Below the pieces are notes generated by a model. It did not search any database. It was not told where the DNA came from and saw only the letters and a list, made by a program, of their open reading frames with translations. A program made the position numbers and the translations under genes. A DNA stretch of 64,000 nt from Pecten maximus. Lineage: Eukaryota. This document shows positions 10,496 to 24,500 of this stretch, piece by piece. Positions within the stretch are counted from its first letter, which is position 1. Every line of letters starts with the position of its first letter. The stretch covers positions 12,648,001 to 12,712,000 of the forward strand of contig NC_047019.1 of assembly GCF_902652985.1 (NCBI RefSeq). Direction: 5' to 3'.

Positions 10496-13400
10496 ATGCC
10501 ATCGAAAGGTATGTATTTATATTTGTTTACCACATCTATGTGTTTTCTGATAACATAACATAAACGGTTCGAAATACTTCGCCAGGAACGCTTGACGTAA
10601 ACAGAAGAGGATAAAAGTTTCCGCTGACCCAAACACCGTGCCAGAGCGCATTACCATATGAAAAAGTGAAATTCTCCGGCACTATTTGGTGCTTGGTGCA
10701 GACAAAATAAATCGGGCGTGGCATAGAACCTACCTTAGAAATATGGATAAATGTAATATTTATTTAACCTCAAAACACCCATTTAGTCCCATATCGATTT
10801 TTGTCCGTCCGTACCTATTCTCGTTTTACACTGGCCAAAATTTTACACATGACTCGACGCCATATTGCAAACTTAGTAGGACGCCGTAGTAGCACTATGT
10901 GTCGAAATGGAAAGATACAAGATCTATTTCTATATAGTTTACAATACCGATTATACTATGTGCACAAATGTACTCTTGCATTAGCTATCTCAGGTATTTG
11001 AAAATGATAAGCCTAGTTTTCTTGAATGAAACTATGTGAGAAGAAAACAAAATAAATGGTCTTTTCGAGTCATTGCGTTTCGATTCGGATGGTTTAGTAG
11101 CCCTTTCACTAAAAAAAATGCGGGTTAACATACCCGCATCATCTGAATCGGAACGCAATGACCCGAAAAGACCATTTATTTTGTATTCTTCTCATATGGT
11201 ATTAAATTTGAACAGGGGAAAATGTGAATATAGTAATGTATAATAATATATATTAGCGAAAAAGAAACTAAAGTCTATTTTCGATAGTTATCATTTTACA
11301 TGATTCTTGATGATGTGTTCATGGTGTGGGTTTCTCGATTATTTCATCATTACTGAATACCATTTGATGATTTTTACTCTCATATCACAGACGATATTTG
11401 CATTTATACGGTTAAAATAAGAGTACCCTACGTTGTTTCCTAATCCAAATCAGTAGCATGCGTGACCACCCCGATATCAGTCGCTGCTCTTACTCTCCTT
11501 AACATTGACCACATCAAGGTGTTTATTGCCCTTTGAGGGATACTATTCCACTCCTGTATAAGGGCCTGCTTGAGTTTAGCGACTTTATATGGGACGCTTC
11601 ATAACCCTTCTGTCTAAGTCGTCCCTCAAATGCTTGATTGGGGACGTATCTGGACTGTCTGGTGGTGGCAAATTAAGAACCGGAACCGTGTTTTGAGCCA
11701 TAAAGTCCCGACAAACCTTAGCAACATAGGGCCTTGCGTTGTCCTGTTCCAACGTAATGTTACATTGATGGATACGAGGAGGAAGTGTGGTCTCAATACC
11801 TGATCGACTTCACTCCATCGCGGCATTTTGCTGTAGAAATGTACATGTATTGTAACTGATCTGTACTGTTCCAATGTTCGATTTGAAATGATGTATAAGC
11901 AAATATGATGCAAGAGTACCACTGGTGAACGCTTTCTTAAAAAGTCTGCTGAAAGCATGCAGCATCGACCGGGCCAAGATCAACTGAATTTTTACTACAG
12001 AACATTTCAAAGTAAACGGAGGTAGCGCTGTGTGAAATTCAGTTGAATAATCACAGTATCAGGTGTATTTGTCTTATCTATGTGTAAGAAGGTCCATTAA
12101 AAATACGTACTATAAATCTTAATCTATTCACAACTTATATATATACAAGGGTCATTATTGACAAGTGATCTCCTTTATGTTAAGGATTTTATAGAAACTA
12201 ATGTAGTATATGTCTATTTTATGACATCATGATTAGTATATATACACATGCCAAGCTGGGCGGAGAAGTGCACAGATACATGTGTATGCAGCATTTACAA
12301 ATAAAGTATACGGAATGTAAATATGTTGATGGTCTCAAACAAGGGACTTTAACAACCTGAAAAAATAGCCACTTGACAATACACGTGTGTGCTGTAAGTG
12401 CATGTGTATTATATATATAACTTAGCAACACAAATGACGAAGGAAGACAACTTTTTGACTCGTGCCCTGACCGGGCCTCGAACTCACGATCTACGGCACC
12501 CAATCCCCTAGCCAGAAATATCCGCAGCTTATGCCGCTGCGCCACATCGGCGTTCTAACAATATGTACATCATATATATGTTCCATCCTTCAATTAAGGT
12601 GAGTTAGGGGGGAAAAGTTTGCTAATTAAAAGGGAATGTGAGAGAAATCTTGTCTTTCTATACAAATGTAAATATTAGAAATTGTCCGGAAAATAAAAAA
12701 GATAATGATGAATCTTAAATGATGTAATTATAAAGATAGGGAGCCACCCTGTCATGGAAGTGATCATGGTATTGAACCTCCTGTTGATATACAATAGTAA
12801 GGTTCCATTCCCTATTCAACGCCAAAATATACTGAGTAACATCTTTTGGAGCGTTCGGCCTATGTCGTCTCCTTCTGTCCAACTCGTCCTATAAATGTTC
12901 TGTCGGTAGTTGGTCAACCTGAAATTTAACGTCGATACTAAACGTCAATTGATGAAATTTTCACAACAACGTTATTACATTCTATAACATCCTTTTTGTT
13001 TTCCACAAACCTGGCGTTTTTTTTTTATTACTACACGGTACATTAAAGGGACGCTTTACTCCAAAGTATAGCCCTTTGATTTGTTTATGACACGAAGAGG
13101 GAAAATAAGACAAACTCCTAGGGATGTCAAGTGATGTTCTTGGAAATTCAATTTCGCATGCAAATTTACAACAACTGATGTAGAACACCTTCTTTGCGGA
13201 CTAAATAAACTGTTGTAGAATTACAATGATTAATCTCGCTATTACTATATTCTTCGGCAAATAACGTTAGAGTTAACTCTGAATGACAAGTAAATTGAAT
13301 CAAATACCGGCCATTTTTCGATGACTACAGTGATGAAGAGGCCCTCCTAAAGAACCCGACCGATTTAATTTGCATATACGAAGACATGTTCCGATAAAAG

Positions 13401-16400
13401 AAGACATCCCCATTCCGACACCCTAATGCAAATAACACGGAATTAAAGAAAATATAAAGAATACACTATGTTTAAATATTGATCTTATTCCACAAATATG
13501 CGAGGTGTGTGGTACAATCTAATGAACTTTGGATCACTTTAAATGCGCAAACAGAAATAAAGTATAAAAAAAAAAAAAAAAAAAACAGTCTAAAATAAGA
13601 TTACTGTCGTATTACTCCGATACAGCAATCCGAATTGACGGGTTTTAGTTTTAGTATGTAAACCTATGAACTTCATGATCAGCCAATCGTAACCGTAAAC
13701 CCAAAACCTTATGGGGAAACTTCGCAAGCTCATTCACGTTTACTCGTTACCGGTCAGTCAATGAATTTCTGTTCAAAATATATCATTATCTATTTGTACA
13801 ATACGAGAAATGTACCCCAATAAACAAATTTCTTATTCTTACTCTTATCTGAAAGGATTGTTGGAGCGTCTTGCAAATGGCGGACAAGTTCTCATTGCGG
13901 AAGGATATGTAATAGAACTGGAGAGAAGAGGTTATCTGCAGTCCGGAGGTTTTATACCGGAAGTAGTTTTAGAACATCCGGAGATTGTCCGAGGACTACA
14001 TCGAGAGTTTGTACATGCTGGCACCGATGTGGTAGAAGCATTTACAGTAAGTTTATATCTTTTTTACCAGCCGCTGTAGTGCATAAGTACCATGTTTGAA
14101 TTATCATCGGCAAGTTATACATGTAACCAACCGCTTTAGTGAATAAGTACCATATTTAAATTATCACCAGCATGCAGTGCATTGATATCAGCTGTTGTAG
14201 GGAACTGGTGTGTAGCTTAGGCTTTCTTGCAATCAAATAATTATATCTAGTTTTGTATGAACGAGCATTTATTTCATTAAAAGAGATGAACGAGCATTTA
14301 TTTCATTAAAGAGAAAATGAATTAATTATGTTTTTTATGTATTCTTATAGAATTAGTAATATCATTTGATGACCGTTTTCTGTTCCTATCACAGTCCTTA
14401 TGGTTGTGCATATTACATGTATGAGAATGAATGTATGAATTAATGGTTGGAAAATGAAAATAATTCAAAATGAGAAAAATATTTCTCTCAACCTGGACAG
14501 GGATATCCGCATTTTTACCGGAGTAAGATTTTCTTATCTCACCCTAGGGATAAGACAATATGCACGTGCTCTTTCAACATGTTCTTGTTCTCGATAAGGT
14601 GACGTCACTATTACTTACGACCCGGAACGTTTTAATGCTAAATATCAATATTATTCACAAAAGAAATCAAAATAAGTATTAATTATCAGAGTTAAGTGAG
14701 TGTTTGATATTCTTTTTGACAAGCTAATCGGAACTATATTTTGTATGAAATCAACATCGTAAGATGTAAAACCTCTGCTGCAGTCTTATCACAACTGTCA
14801 CCCGCCGTCCACGTGTTGTTGTTTACATACGTTTGAATTTGCTTCACACTTTGTTTTGAAAACAGGATAAGAAAAAAATAATCATTCACCCCTTTTTGGG
14901 ATGAGATGGGGGATCCCAACTCTCGAAGGTAGATTGTTAAGATCCAAAACACTCGGCAAGCCTCGGGTTTGGGTATTCAACAATCCCCCTCATCGGGTTG
15001 AGATCTTCCTATCTTACCCGAAAAGGGATGAACGATTCCATTACTCCTTTCAAAGATTAGTGAGTTGAATATATGGCTCCAAACCCTGGCATTTATCATA
15101 TTCACACCATGATATATGTAAGGTATATTTCAGTACTACGGTCATAGGGAGAAACTGCGAACAATCGGACGTGAGGACGACTTAGAGAGGCTAAATAGAA
15201 CAGCTCTTAAGATCGCGCGAGAAGTGGCAGACGAGACTGGAACTTTGATGGCTGGCGGACTTTGTAACACTAACATATATGACAAAGATGATGTTACTAC
15301 ACATGACCAAGTCAAGGAGATGTTTAAGGTGAAGTAATTATGGATTACAAATAAGGCCATCGATGCAAATTACCTTAAAACATATCAATAATGAAAAAAA
15401 AAAATGCATAAACATGTTGTATGATATATTTTTTACCCTGAAGATGACGCAATGTATGAATCAATACCGTAGTTACTCATAATATGAATTCAAGCCAGAA
15501 ACATTGCCTTTAATGGAGAATCTATATGTACATGACCTGCAGGAAAATGTGTCATGCATGCATGCGCAAACTGAAGAATGGTGGACAGGCGATCAATGCC
15601 ACGCATCAGAGACCCAACGTTCATCAGACAGACTGGTTGCGGCAGCGAAGGTAATGAAAAGGATATCGGAAAATCAGGACATCATCTACGACTAACAGAG
15701 TCAACACGAGTCTGTTGGATGAAAATCAAAGATAGACTAAATGTGAAAAGACATCACGATTTGGCTGTGAAAGGTCTCAGCATTTGAAAAATAATGCCAT
15801 GCTTTCTTTTCATCTGGGGGAAGAGATAACTCATTGCACGCAGGGCCGGTTTACCATCTATTATTAGATGTATATTACTTTCTTCGGAACTTATGAATTG
15901 TTCACGGAACTGAACAGGTTTGACGGCAATAAAATCAATATACAACAATAGGGAGATTATATAATTTGATTTGGTAGTTCTATATCTATAAACAAAAATG
16001 ATTGTGTTCTTACAATCATCTAGGTTTAATATGTACAAGAATAATTCTGTGTTACCCTTTTTTTTTCTTGAATAAGACACACTTTAATAAGTTCAATCTC
16101 CAGATGTTAAGTTTAAGATGTGTATTATTCACATATCAAACGCTCATTACATTTTTATTACATTTTCATTTCGTATGACCACAGGAACAGGTAGAGTGGG
16201 CGGTGGAGGAGGGGGTGGACTACATCATAGCGGAGACAATGAGCTACTACGGGGAGGCTAAACTAGCGCTGGAGGCAATAAAACAGTATGGGAAAGGTAG
16301 ACGTAGCAATACCCATCATTGTGTTTGAGAGTCCATTTCTTATTTATTGAATGATAGAATTTTATTACTATAGGGATGTTTTAGCTGTAAAATAAATCAT

Positions 16401-16599
16401 TCTTCGTTATTTCATGAACAAATCTAGTTAACGCTATGATGATTTGTTGATTAATTTTGTGCTTCTTTTTATGGAATTATATATTTCAAAGTATCAGAAA
16501 CAGAGAAAACCGACAAGCAGTTAAAGCATAATTTGGACGTCAAAACTGAACAAGGGCAAATATGAACTTTTAGATCTGTATCGATACCGATGAAAAAGT

Positions 16600-16637
<38 letters not shown>

Positions 16638-19257
16638 ATACCATTATCTTCACCATCAAAACATGACGTTAAGAAGCTGATATTTAAGATTTCATGTTTC
16701 ATTGCAGTCTGAGAAAGGGGGGGGGGGGGAGGGGGGGATTTAAAAAAAAATTCTTATAGTCTACTTGATAAAACTCGATTCGATTTTTTGTTTTATCTTT
16801 ACAGAATCTAGTGAACGTGGAATTCTCACGTTTTTATCTATAAAATGTGTGAAATCAATTCCTACGGAAAGAAACCGTATCTCAGCTACACTTGTTGCTT
16901 ATCAAACTTGTTCTATTACAGCTTTGTTCTGATGAATATTGCATACCATACGAGTTATTATAGGACATAATAAAAATCATGTCTATGGAAGGGAAACATG
17001 TGGTGTTATTTAACACAAAAGGAGACACTGTGTAATTTTGCCTGTTAAACATTTAAGAATCAAGATAAGATAGCTAAATTATACACACACGCACACACAA
17101 AATTATGAAATGGCAACACTTAAGCTTGATTTCTCTATCTGTCATGACTTCTAAAATTTGTTTAAAATAAAGGTGTCCCAGCCGTGATAACTATGTCAAT
17201 TCATGTACCGGAAAAGACGGTGGATGGACTACCAATAGCTGAGGCATGTCGTAAACTAGAGGAGGAGGGAGCGGCCGTAGTGGGTCTAAACTGTGGGCGT
17301 GGCCCAAGGACAATGTTACCTACAATCAGAGATATAAGGAAAGTATGCAAGGTAAGTGGTATAGCGGGCCAATCATCACATTAGACGAGTATATAAACAG
17401 AAAAAAATATATAAAAGTTTTAAAGTAAATGTGAGGGTTAGGATAAGACGGCTGCAACTGAATCATATAATCTCATCTTATTATCTCTACAAAGAGGGAT
17501 TACACATGTTTGTACATTAAAAACTACAATACTACGATTTCTACAACAATGAGAAATTGCAGATGTATGTCTTTTAAATTAGCTGTAGCTTCAAAAATAG
17601 AACAGTCGCAAGGTATTGGTATTAACGAACAAGACCCTTCATATTGATTTACAATCAGTGCTTAATTGGGCAATATTTTCTGTGATATATTCAGTATAAA
17701 TTTGCCTAAAGAAAATTGTTTCAGTAAGAATGAATCACTCAACATATACATCTCTATTATCATTTTAACATTTTAGGTAAAGAATACAGTCAAGTTAAAC
17801 CTACACTTTTACGATCGAAAGCATGTTGTATTTATGTCAGTTTGGAAAGAATAATTCCTCATCTTACAATCTGTTTTACAGATTTGACTAACCACTATGT
17901 AAGCATGATATCTTTTCGCTGTCAATACACACACAGCATAACTCAACACAATGGAATCGAGAAACAATTTAGACGAGAGAAAAGTTTGCCTTTAAATCCA
18001 TTACACATGTATTAATTACCATTTCTAGATAGTAACATTCCTCTTACTACGGTAATTCATATGTCCAAATTGATTCGATATTCAAACACGCTCCCTATTT
18101 TCAGTATTTCCGTGACAAATATTGACTACTGAGGTAGCAGTGTACAGTAAAAATGGTCAACTCTGAAAAATAAGGCACCTGATTTAGATATGTAGAAATT
18201 CCAAGTTAACCCTACTTATTACTTACACTAAAGTATATATCTGTATGATATACAGCATTTTTAATTTTGATACAGTTGTTAAGGAAAGGATTATTTTTTT
18301 TCCATATTTTCAGACCTGTGAATACCATGGCAACCACATCAAAAACAAACTTTGCAAATGCAAAATATCATGATATTTGACAAAAAGCCACAATTCCCGA
18401 CACTTTTTTTTCCTGAAACCTATATGAAATTAAACATCATATCTCTATTCCACATTTGGAATATTTTGCTTAATAAAAATAAATAAAATAAAAGCAAATC
18501 ACCAATCTGTTCTACTGTAGTGTAATACCTACAATAAAAACAGCAATACAACCTTCCGGGAAACATCTGTTTTTAAATGCCCTTTTATTGTGATGGACAT
18601 CATGATCTTATCTGCAAATATTCTTATAAGCATCTCGTTGCACGCTTTCATTTTTTGTGCAAAAAAATATATTTTTTGTTCGTGTGTTGCCCTCGTTTTA
18701 CCTTGAAGCTGCAAATATTGATGTATTTTTTACAGGGTCCGATAGCCGCCCTTCCCGTGACATTTCGGACTACAGATAAATATCCCTCGTGGATCGCTTT
18801 AAAAGATCCGGATACAGGTATATTAGTTCAGACTCCATGCTGTAAACAAAACTACACTACCATCATGAGCTAAATTTTGTCATTTAGAAATAGCAACAAA
18901 TATTGCAATCTTATTCCAATATAAGGTATACACCTCAAATATGAGAAATTCAACAAGCTAAGATATGTTATAATTGTCTTTGCAGAAAAGGACGTGTATC
19001 CGACGAATTTGTCCTGTGTTGCATGTAGCCGGGATGACATCAGACAATTTGCAGAAGAAGCGAAGGCGATTGGTGTCAATTACGTCGGACTTTGCTGCGG
19101 AAATGCTCCATTCTTCTTCCGGGAGCTAGCGGAAGTGTATGGTCGGAAACCTGATGCGTGCAAATATTCTCCCGATGTATCTGCAAACGTGATTGTTGGC
19201 AAGCATACAAAACATTCACAAAAAATGAAGGAAATTGTAACAGCTGACAATATTTAA
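10496..19257 (+). CDS. BHMT: BHMT-like copy 2 (intact, 347 aa)
   Basis: Exons 10496-10508, 13856-14046, 15134-15328, 16185-16296, 17173-17351, 18736-18817, 18986-19257. Exon lengths equal copy 1, introns are GT-AG, no internal stops were seen, and GLNC and GLCCG are present. Confidence 0.9.
11034..11197. repeat. Imperfect long inverted repeat (MITE-like), ~57-bp arms
   Basis: atgtgagaagaaaacaaaataaatggtcttttcgagtcattgcg... pairs with ...cgcaatgacccgaaaagaccatttattttgtattcttctcatat. A homologue lies at ~35990-36131. Confidence 0.75.
11450..11810 (-). mobile_element. Tc1/mariner transposase C-terminal remnant
   Basis: Minus-strand translation [49 protein letters not shown] / [24 protein letters not shown] matches a degenerate Tc1 DD34E region. 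Confidence 0.8.
12327..12559 (-). mobile_element. tRNA-derived SINE
   Basis: Minus strand gccgatgTGGCGCAGCGG...GTTCGAGGCC (A/B boxes). Flanked by the direct repeat AATATGT (12320-12326 and 12560-12566). Same family as 1678-2176. Confidence 0.75.
14482..15043. mobile_element. Non-autonomous insertion with a long subterminal hairpin (14880-15038)
   Basis: Absent from the homologous intron 2 of copy 4 (~39520). Contains an imperfect palindrome centred on actcggcaagcctcg. Confidence 0.6.
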
Positions 19258-21557
19258 AGGTCCGACTAATTGGTTTTACTCACTGGAATTTCTACTTCGA
19301 CAAGTTTACTCGGGATAATGATCATTAAAGAACAAAACGACGTCGATATTTCAGGAAATTAACACAGCGAACTTATCTTACAATCACAGACCATTTTCAA
19401 CTATTTCAAAGCTGAAACTTCTCGCATAACAATAATTCCACAGCGGACATTTTCTACTAACTTAAACTATACTACAAAATGCATGTTCACATAATATACT
19501 AATAAAACAAGTCAGAAATTTAGTAAATCAACGCAGAAATTAATTAGGAGTTTGTTGCTGTATTATATTGTTAATTTCTAAAAATCGCCAGTTAGACTAA
19601 AAGAAGAGGTATAATTTACTGAAACTGCATTTTTTGTTTTTTAGTGGTTTGTTTAAATTGATGAGATATAACAAAACAATATTAACAACACGATGTACGA
19701 ATAAAGTTTTACGAAAAAAAAACAAGCCAGGTTTAAGACTTCTACTTTCACATTGTCATCGCATTCCTGATCGTAATTGGCATATGCTGTTATGGCAACG
19801 ATGAAGATCGTGGTTTTGCCATGATATTGCATTTACCTACTTTTACTTATAGTTGACAATATACTACACGATACATTCTGTCTGAAATTATCAGCATAAC
19901 CAATCAAATAAATTATAGTCCGTTGCATTCGTGTTTAAATTTTGATCGTTTTTGTGCAATCTTTCGATACTGAAAAACTGAGTTCAAAAATCGCACCATA
20001 AACATTAACATCGAAAGCTATTTTTTCCTAAGTACAACCATGTTTCCAACATGCAAAATGATAAAAAAAAAAAAGGTTTTTGGTTACGATATTGTGTATT
20101 GTTTTACTTTTAATGTGTATTTAACACATACAACATTGAAAACAGAGAAATAAAGACAAGAAAGTACTGGTGTTGTAATTAATGTGTCTTAATAATGTAG
20201 GACAACAATAACAGTGATACGTAATCCATCACATTCATCATATTGGATAATGACGCAAATTGTAATGTAATGCAGATATAGCACTAGTGTCGTGGTAGAG
20301 AACACACTTTGTTCTTGAAAGTTCTTGAATTGTATTGCAACAGAGAAACCGTGCAACATCAAGAAAACGTACCCATACGCTCTCATGCGTGTGAATTGGC
20401 AAGGCATTTGCATAATAGTTAGAACAGCGGTATGATTATATTACATATATATATAGCTAAATCTATATACATATCATACAAACTACAGCACTATAATGTA
20501 ATTAGATACTGAGAACGGCTGTCGCCAATGTAATCAACTTGTAGAAGATTTGCATAGATACAGTGTTAAAGTAAATATATAGAAAATACTGAGACCATGA
20601 TGTTTCTCACGAAGCGCTAAGTAACGCAGACCTGCGGCCTTGGGCCACTGATTCTTAAAGGAACCACGGAACCGATTGATTTCCTATAGCCGTTAATGTT
20701 AACGTTTATCACTGTCCTGCTTGAATGGATTTTTAACACTAGACCATTAGTCTCGTACACCTATAAATAGAACATTTAAAACTTCTACCAATCTGGGTAG
20801 GGGTGTGGTTGAGGTGTGGTTGGGCGAGGTTGGGGTGGGGTGGGGTTGGGGTTGGATTGGGTTAAGGGTGGGATGCAAAAGCCCCAATATTCAATATTAT
20901 AGTTTTCAATATTGATTTCTTTCATATGCCTCGACATAGATGCTAATGTCTTTTTTAACCATCCATGACATATTAATGATGTTTTTTGTGTCCTTTAGCT
21001 CCATTTTGATAAAAGAGCTTTCTATATACAATATATATTACAGCTGTTCAATATGTTTTTATTAGAGCAGACACGAATTACTCATAAATGTTTACTCACC
21101 AGATACCAGTGTGGTGTTATGGAACCTCAGAGATGTCTTTCATTTGACAAATGAAGTAAATCTCGATGGCGACAATGTTAATTAACACGGATTGTACAAA
21201 AGATAAACAAGATATTTCATCACCTTTAAATACAAATTGGAGCGTTAGATACAGTACAGCCAAAATTAAAAATAACTAATGCAATATGCAGCTGTTTTGT
21301 CTTTTTAGGGAGATGCCATACAGTAATGCCTATGATTTAAGTGTCGATACGTAATGAATTGTCTTCGTCATAAACCTGCATCGTTACTTAAATACCCGCG
21401 AAAAAACATACAAAAATTGATGGCACAAAATGAGTGTACTACGAAGAAACCCTATATACCCCTTCAGACGTTCCATATATTTTTGCCCATGTGTTGCCAC
21501 CGTTGGCTGTTCGCATACACCAGACAGATAAAGAGGGATTCCGCGTTCTAGAACAAA

Positions 21558-24500
21558 ATGTCATCAAAAGGTATGTACATGTTTTGACATTTTATTACTT
21601 TAATTTTATTCACGATATAATACGGCATAGTGTATTATTTTAAGGACATAAAAACCGTTCAAAGTACTCAATCAGGACTGCTTGATGTTAACAGAAGATA
21701 ATAGTTTGCCGAACTTTCTGTCGACTTGTACATACTTGTGGGATATATCTATTTTATAAAATTATGGTTCAAATATATATGCATTAATCACGCTTTGATG
21801 GGAAGTGTAGATATATTCACCCTTTAAAGAGAAGGTTTACGTAATGTATATCTTATCAATTATCTCAAATAAGGTACTGTTACGACACAGGGATAATAGC
21901 CACCTTAAAAGCACATACATTTTATTTTGAAAACGCCTATTTTCACAGCTGAAAAGAAGTACAGTATATCGTTTTGCCTGCATTAAAATCTGACTCCAAA
22001 AACAAAACATTAAAAAGATAAATAAATGACTAAAGCAAAAATAAATAAATAAAAATAATGCAAGACATGTAAATATCCTTTTACACATATGTTGCATTGT
22101 TGCATCATGCTATTCAGCAATGCTTATGGGATCAAATGTATGGCCATTCCACAGGGATATTGGGGAAATGCAAACTAAAGTTACTTAAAACTACCAAGAC
22201 TAACTAAACAAATCAAAGAGGTTAAAAGAAAAGGTAATGCGACATTCGCGATTGTCGTGCGCAAGCGACGAAGAGTGTCAGCTTGTGTTAGCTATTGAAA
22301 TGCCCTGTGTGTATGCAAAGATAAGATAAATCAATCTGAACAAAAAAATCATGTGACCTTCACTAGGTCAATGCGAGTTGTTGAAGGTCAAAAACCTGCG
22401 TTTCACGTGACGAAATGGTGTATATATGTAATACCGGTGTGAGTTTCTGTTTAACATGATAAGAAATACTCATAAAAATCTATCTCCTGAGAAAATTAGT
22501 TCAAAGCAAACGTCAGATCTACATGTACGTTTGAGTACAGCTTGTAATAGTTTTCCTCCTGTGAGTGTTGACACATATTAGATGTAGCCAGAAGATTTGT
22601 TGGTGGTGTCACCAGAAAAAAACACAGAGCAAAGCAATGAGCTATATGGGGACGGAGGGTATGTGATATCACGATCAAAAGAAAAACCACAATAATATCA
22701 TGTGGGTTTGTATTCCCAGGGTGAGGTAATGTTTTTATTATTTCATAATGTTCTGTTTGTCATAAATCATCACTACAAGAAAAATTATATAACTTTATTT
22801 ATCACAAAAGCGCTAGACCATACCCCCAAAATAAATTCTTACTTGAAGGTAACGTTTCTTAACTACGATTCTCCCTGTAGCCACTAAAGATTGACAGAAA
22901 ATTGCAGCGTTTTTCATCCTTGTTTTGAAAAAAAAATTGTTTCCAAAAAGTCTAGATTTCGGGAAAATTAACAGGAAAAATTATAGTTATATTTTCCAAC
23001 AAATCAACTGATGGCGAAAAGATCAATCACAGCAATTTTCATGAAAATCGGTTCATTAATTTCTGATTATGTCATATCTCATTAAGTTAATTTGTGAATA
23101 GCGGTTTCGTCTCAGAATACAATAATTCAATTAGGTAATATCCAGAAAATATAACAAAAATAATAATAATAAAACAGATTAACAAAAAACTAAAAAAAAT
23201 TGAATTCTAAAAATATAATTATGGAGTTAAGGCACCCACTCATCCATAATTCGGACACCCGTTTTGAATATTATTGATTGGTTACCTCACTTCGGGATTT
23301 TTCACAAACTTAGCCCTTCACATCACTGATGAGTCCAATACAATGTGAAATTTGAAAAAAATAACACAACATATTCGAATATCAAATCGCTCTTTTATCA
23401 CTCCGAGACATCTAGCGACATTTTGGGCTTGACGCTGACACCGACATGGAAGCTTGTGGAAACATCAAGAGATTATGTACGGTTACTCGTTGCAATTAAT
23501 TTAATGAGCGTGTGTTTGAATATATAATTATCTATTACATATAAAGAGAAATGTATCTCCATTGAATATATCTCTTGATCTCTTTTTTAATTAATAAGGA
23601 TTGATTGAGCGTCTAGAAAATGGCGGACAAGTCCTCATTGCGGAAGGATATCTAATGGAATTGGAGAGAAGAGGTTATCTGCAGTCTGGGGGATTTATAC
23701 CGGAAGTGGTTTTAGAACATCCGGAGGTAGTCCGAGAACTACATCGAGAGTTTGTACATGCTGGCACCGATGTGGTAGAAGCATTCACAGTAAATATATA
23801 CCTTATTTACCAGTCGCTGTAGTGAATTAAAATCTTGCTTAAATTATTACCAGCAATCAGTGCATTATATACCAGCTGTTGTATGGAATATATTTGTAGC
23901 TTAAGTTATTATCCACGACCAAATCAGTATACATGTATATAGTGGAATTAATTTAGTTCTATATGAATAAGGATTTCTATCGATGAAGATATTTAATCAT
24001 TGTTTGCTACCTTAGCATTTAGGTTTCATTTGTGAAGCAGCATTTTGACAAAACAATTATTTTTAAGTTTATAGAATAAGCCATGGTATTTCATATCGGA
24101 CCGGCGTTTAATATTCCCCTTGCAGTTTTATTGTTTTACATATTGCATGTATGAGAATGAATTACTGAAAGTAAAGCGAGTACATAAGTGAGAAGCGAGT
24201 GAGAAGGAGACTTCCTGTCTGAGGCTACATTTTGTTAGTGAGATAAATCAAGAGATCCCAAAATAGGCATTTCACAAGTAATACTGCGGGAATAAAGCAA
24301 CTGAACCCTATCTTATAGATATGAGAAATTAATGTAAATCTTGCTGTATCTAAGTTGTATTTCAGTATTATGGTCATAGAGAGAAATTGCGAACAATCGG
24401 ACGCGAGGGCGACCTAGAGAGACTCAATAGAACAGCTCTTAAGATCGCGCGGGAAGTGGCAGACGAGACCGGAATTTTAATGGCTGGCGGACTTTGCAAC

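Noticed and set aside
12324-12560. Possible solo LTR (TGTT...AACA)
   Set aside because: There is no matching 4-5-bp TSD at those ends. A 7-bp direct repeat and related copies at 1678-2176 fit a SINE better.
16469-16702. Poly-proline ORF
   Set aside because: An artefact of a poly-G run in intron 4 of copy 2.
20795-20872. G-rich tract upstream of copies 3 and 6 as a G-quadruplex regulator
   Set aside because: It is a simple low-complexity GGGGT-type repeat, absent from other copies, with no supporting evidence.
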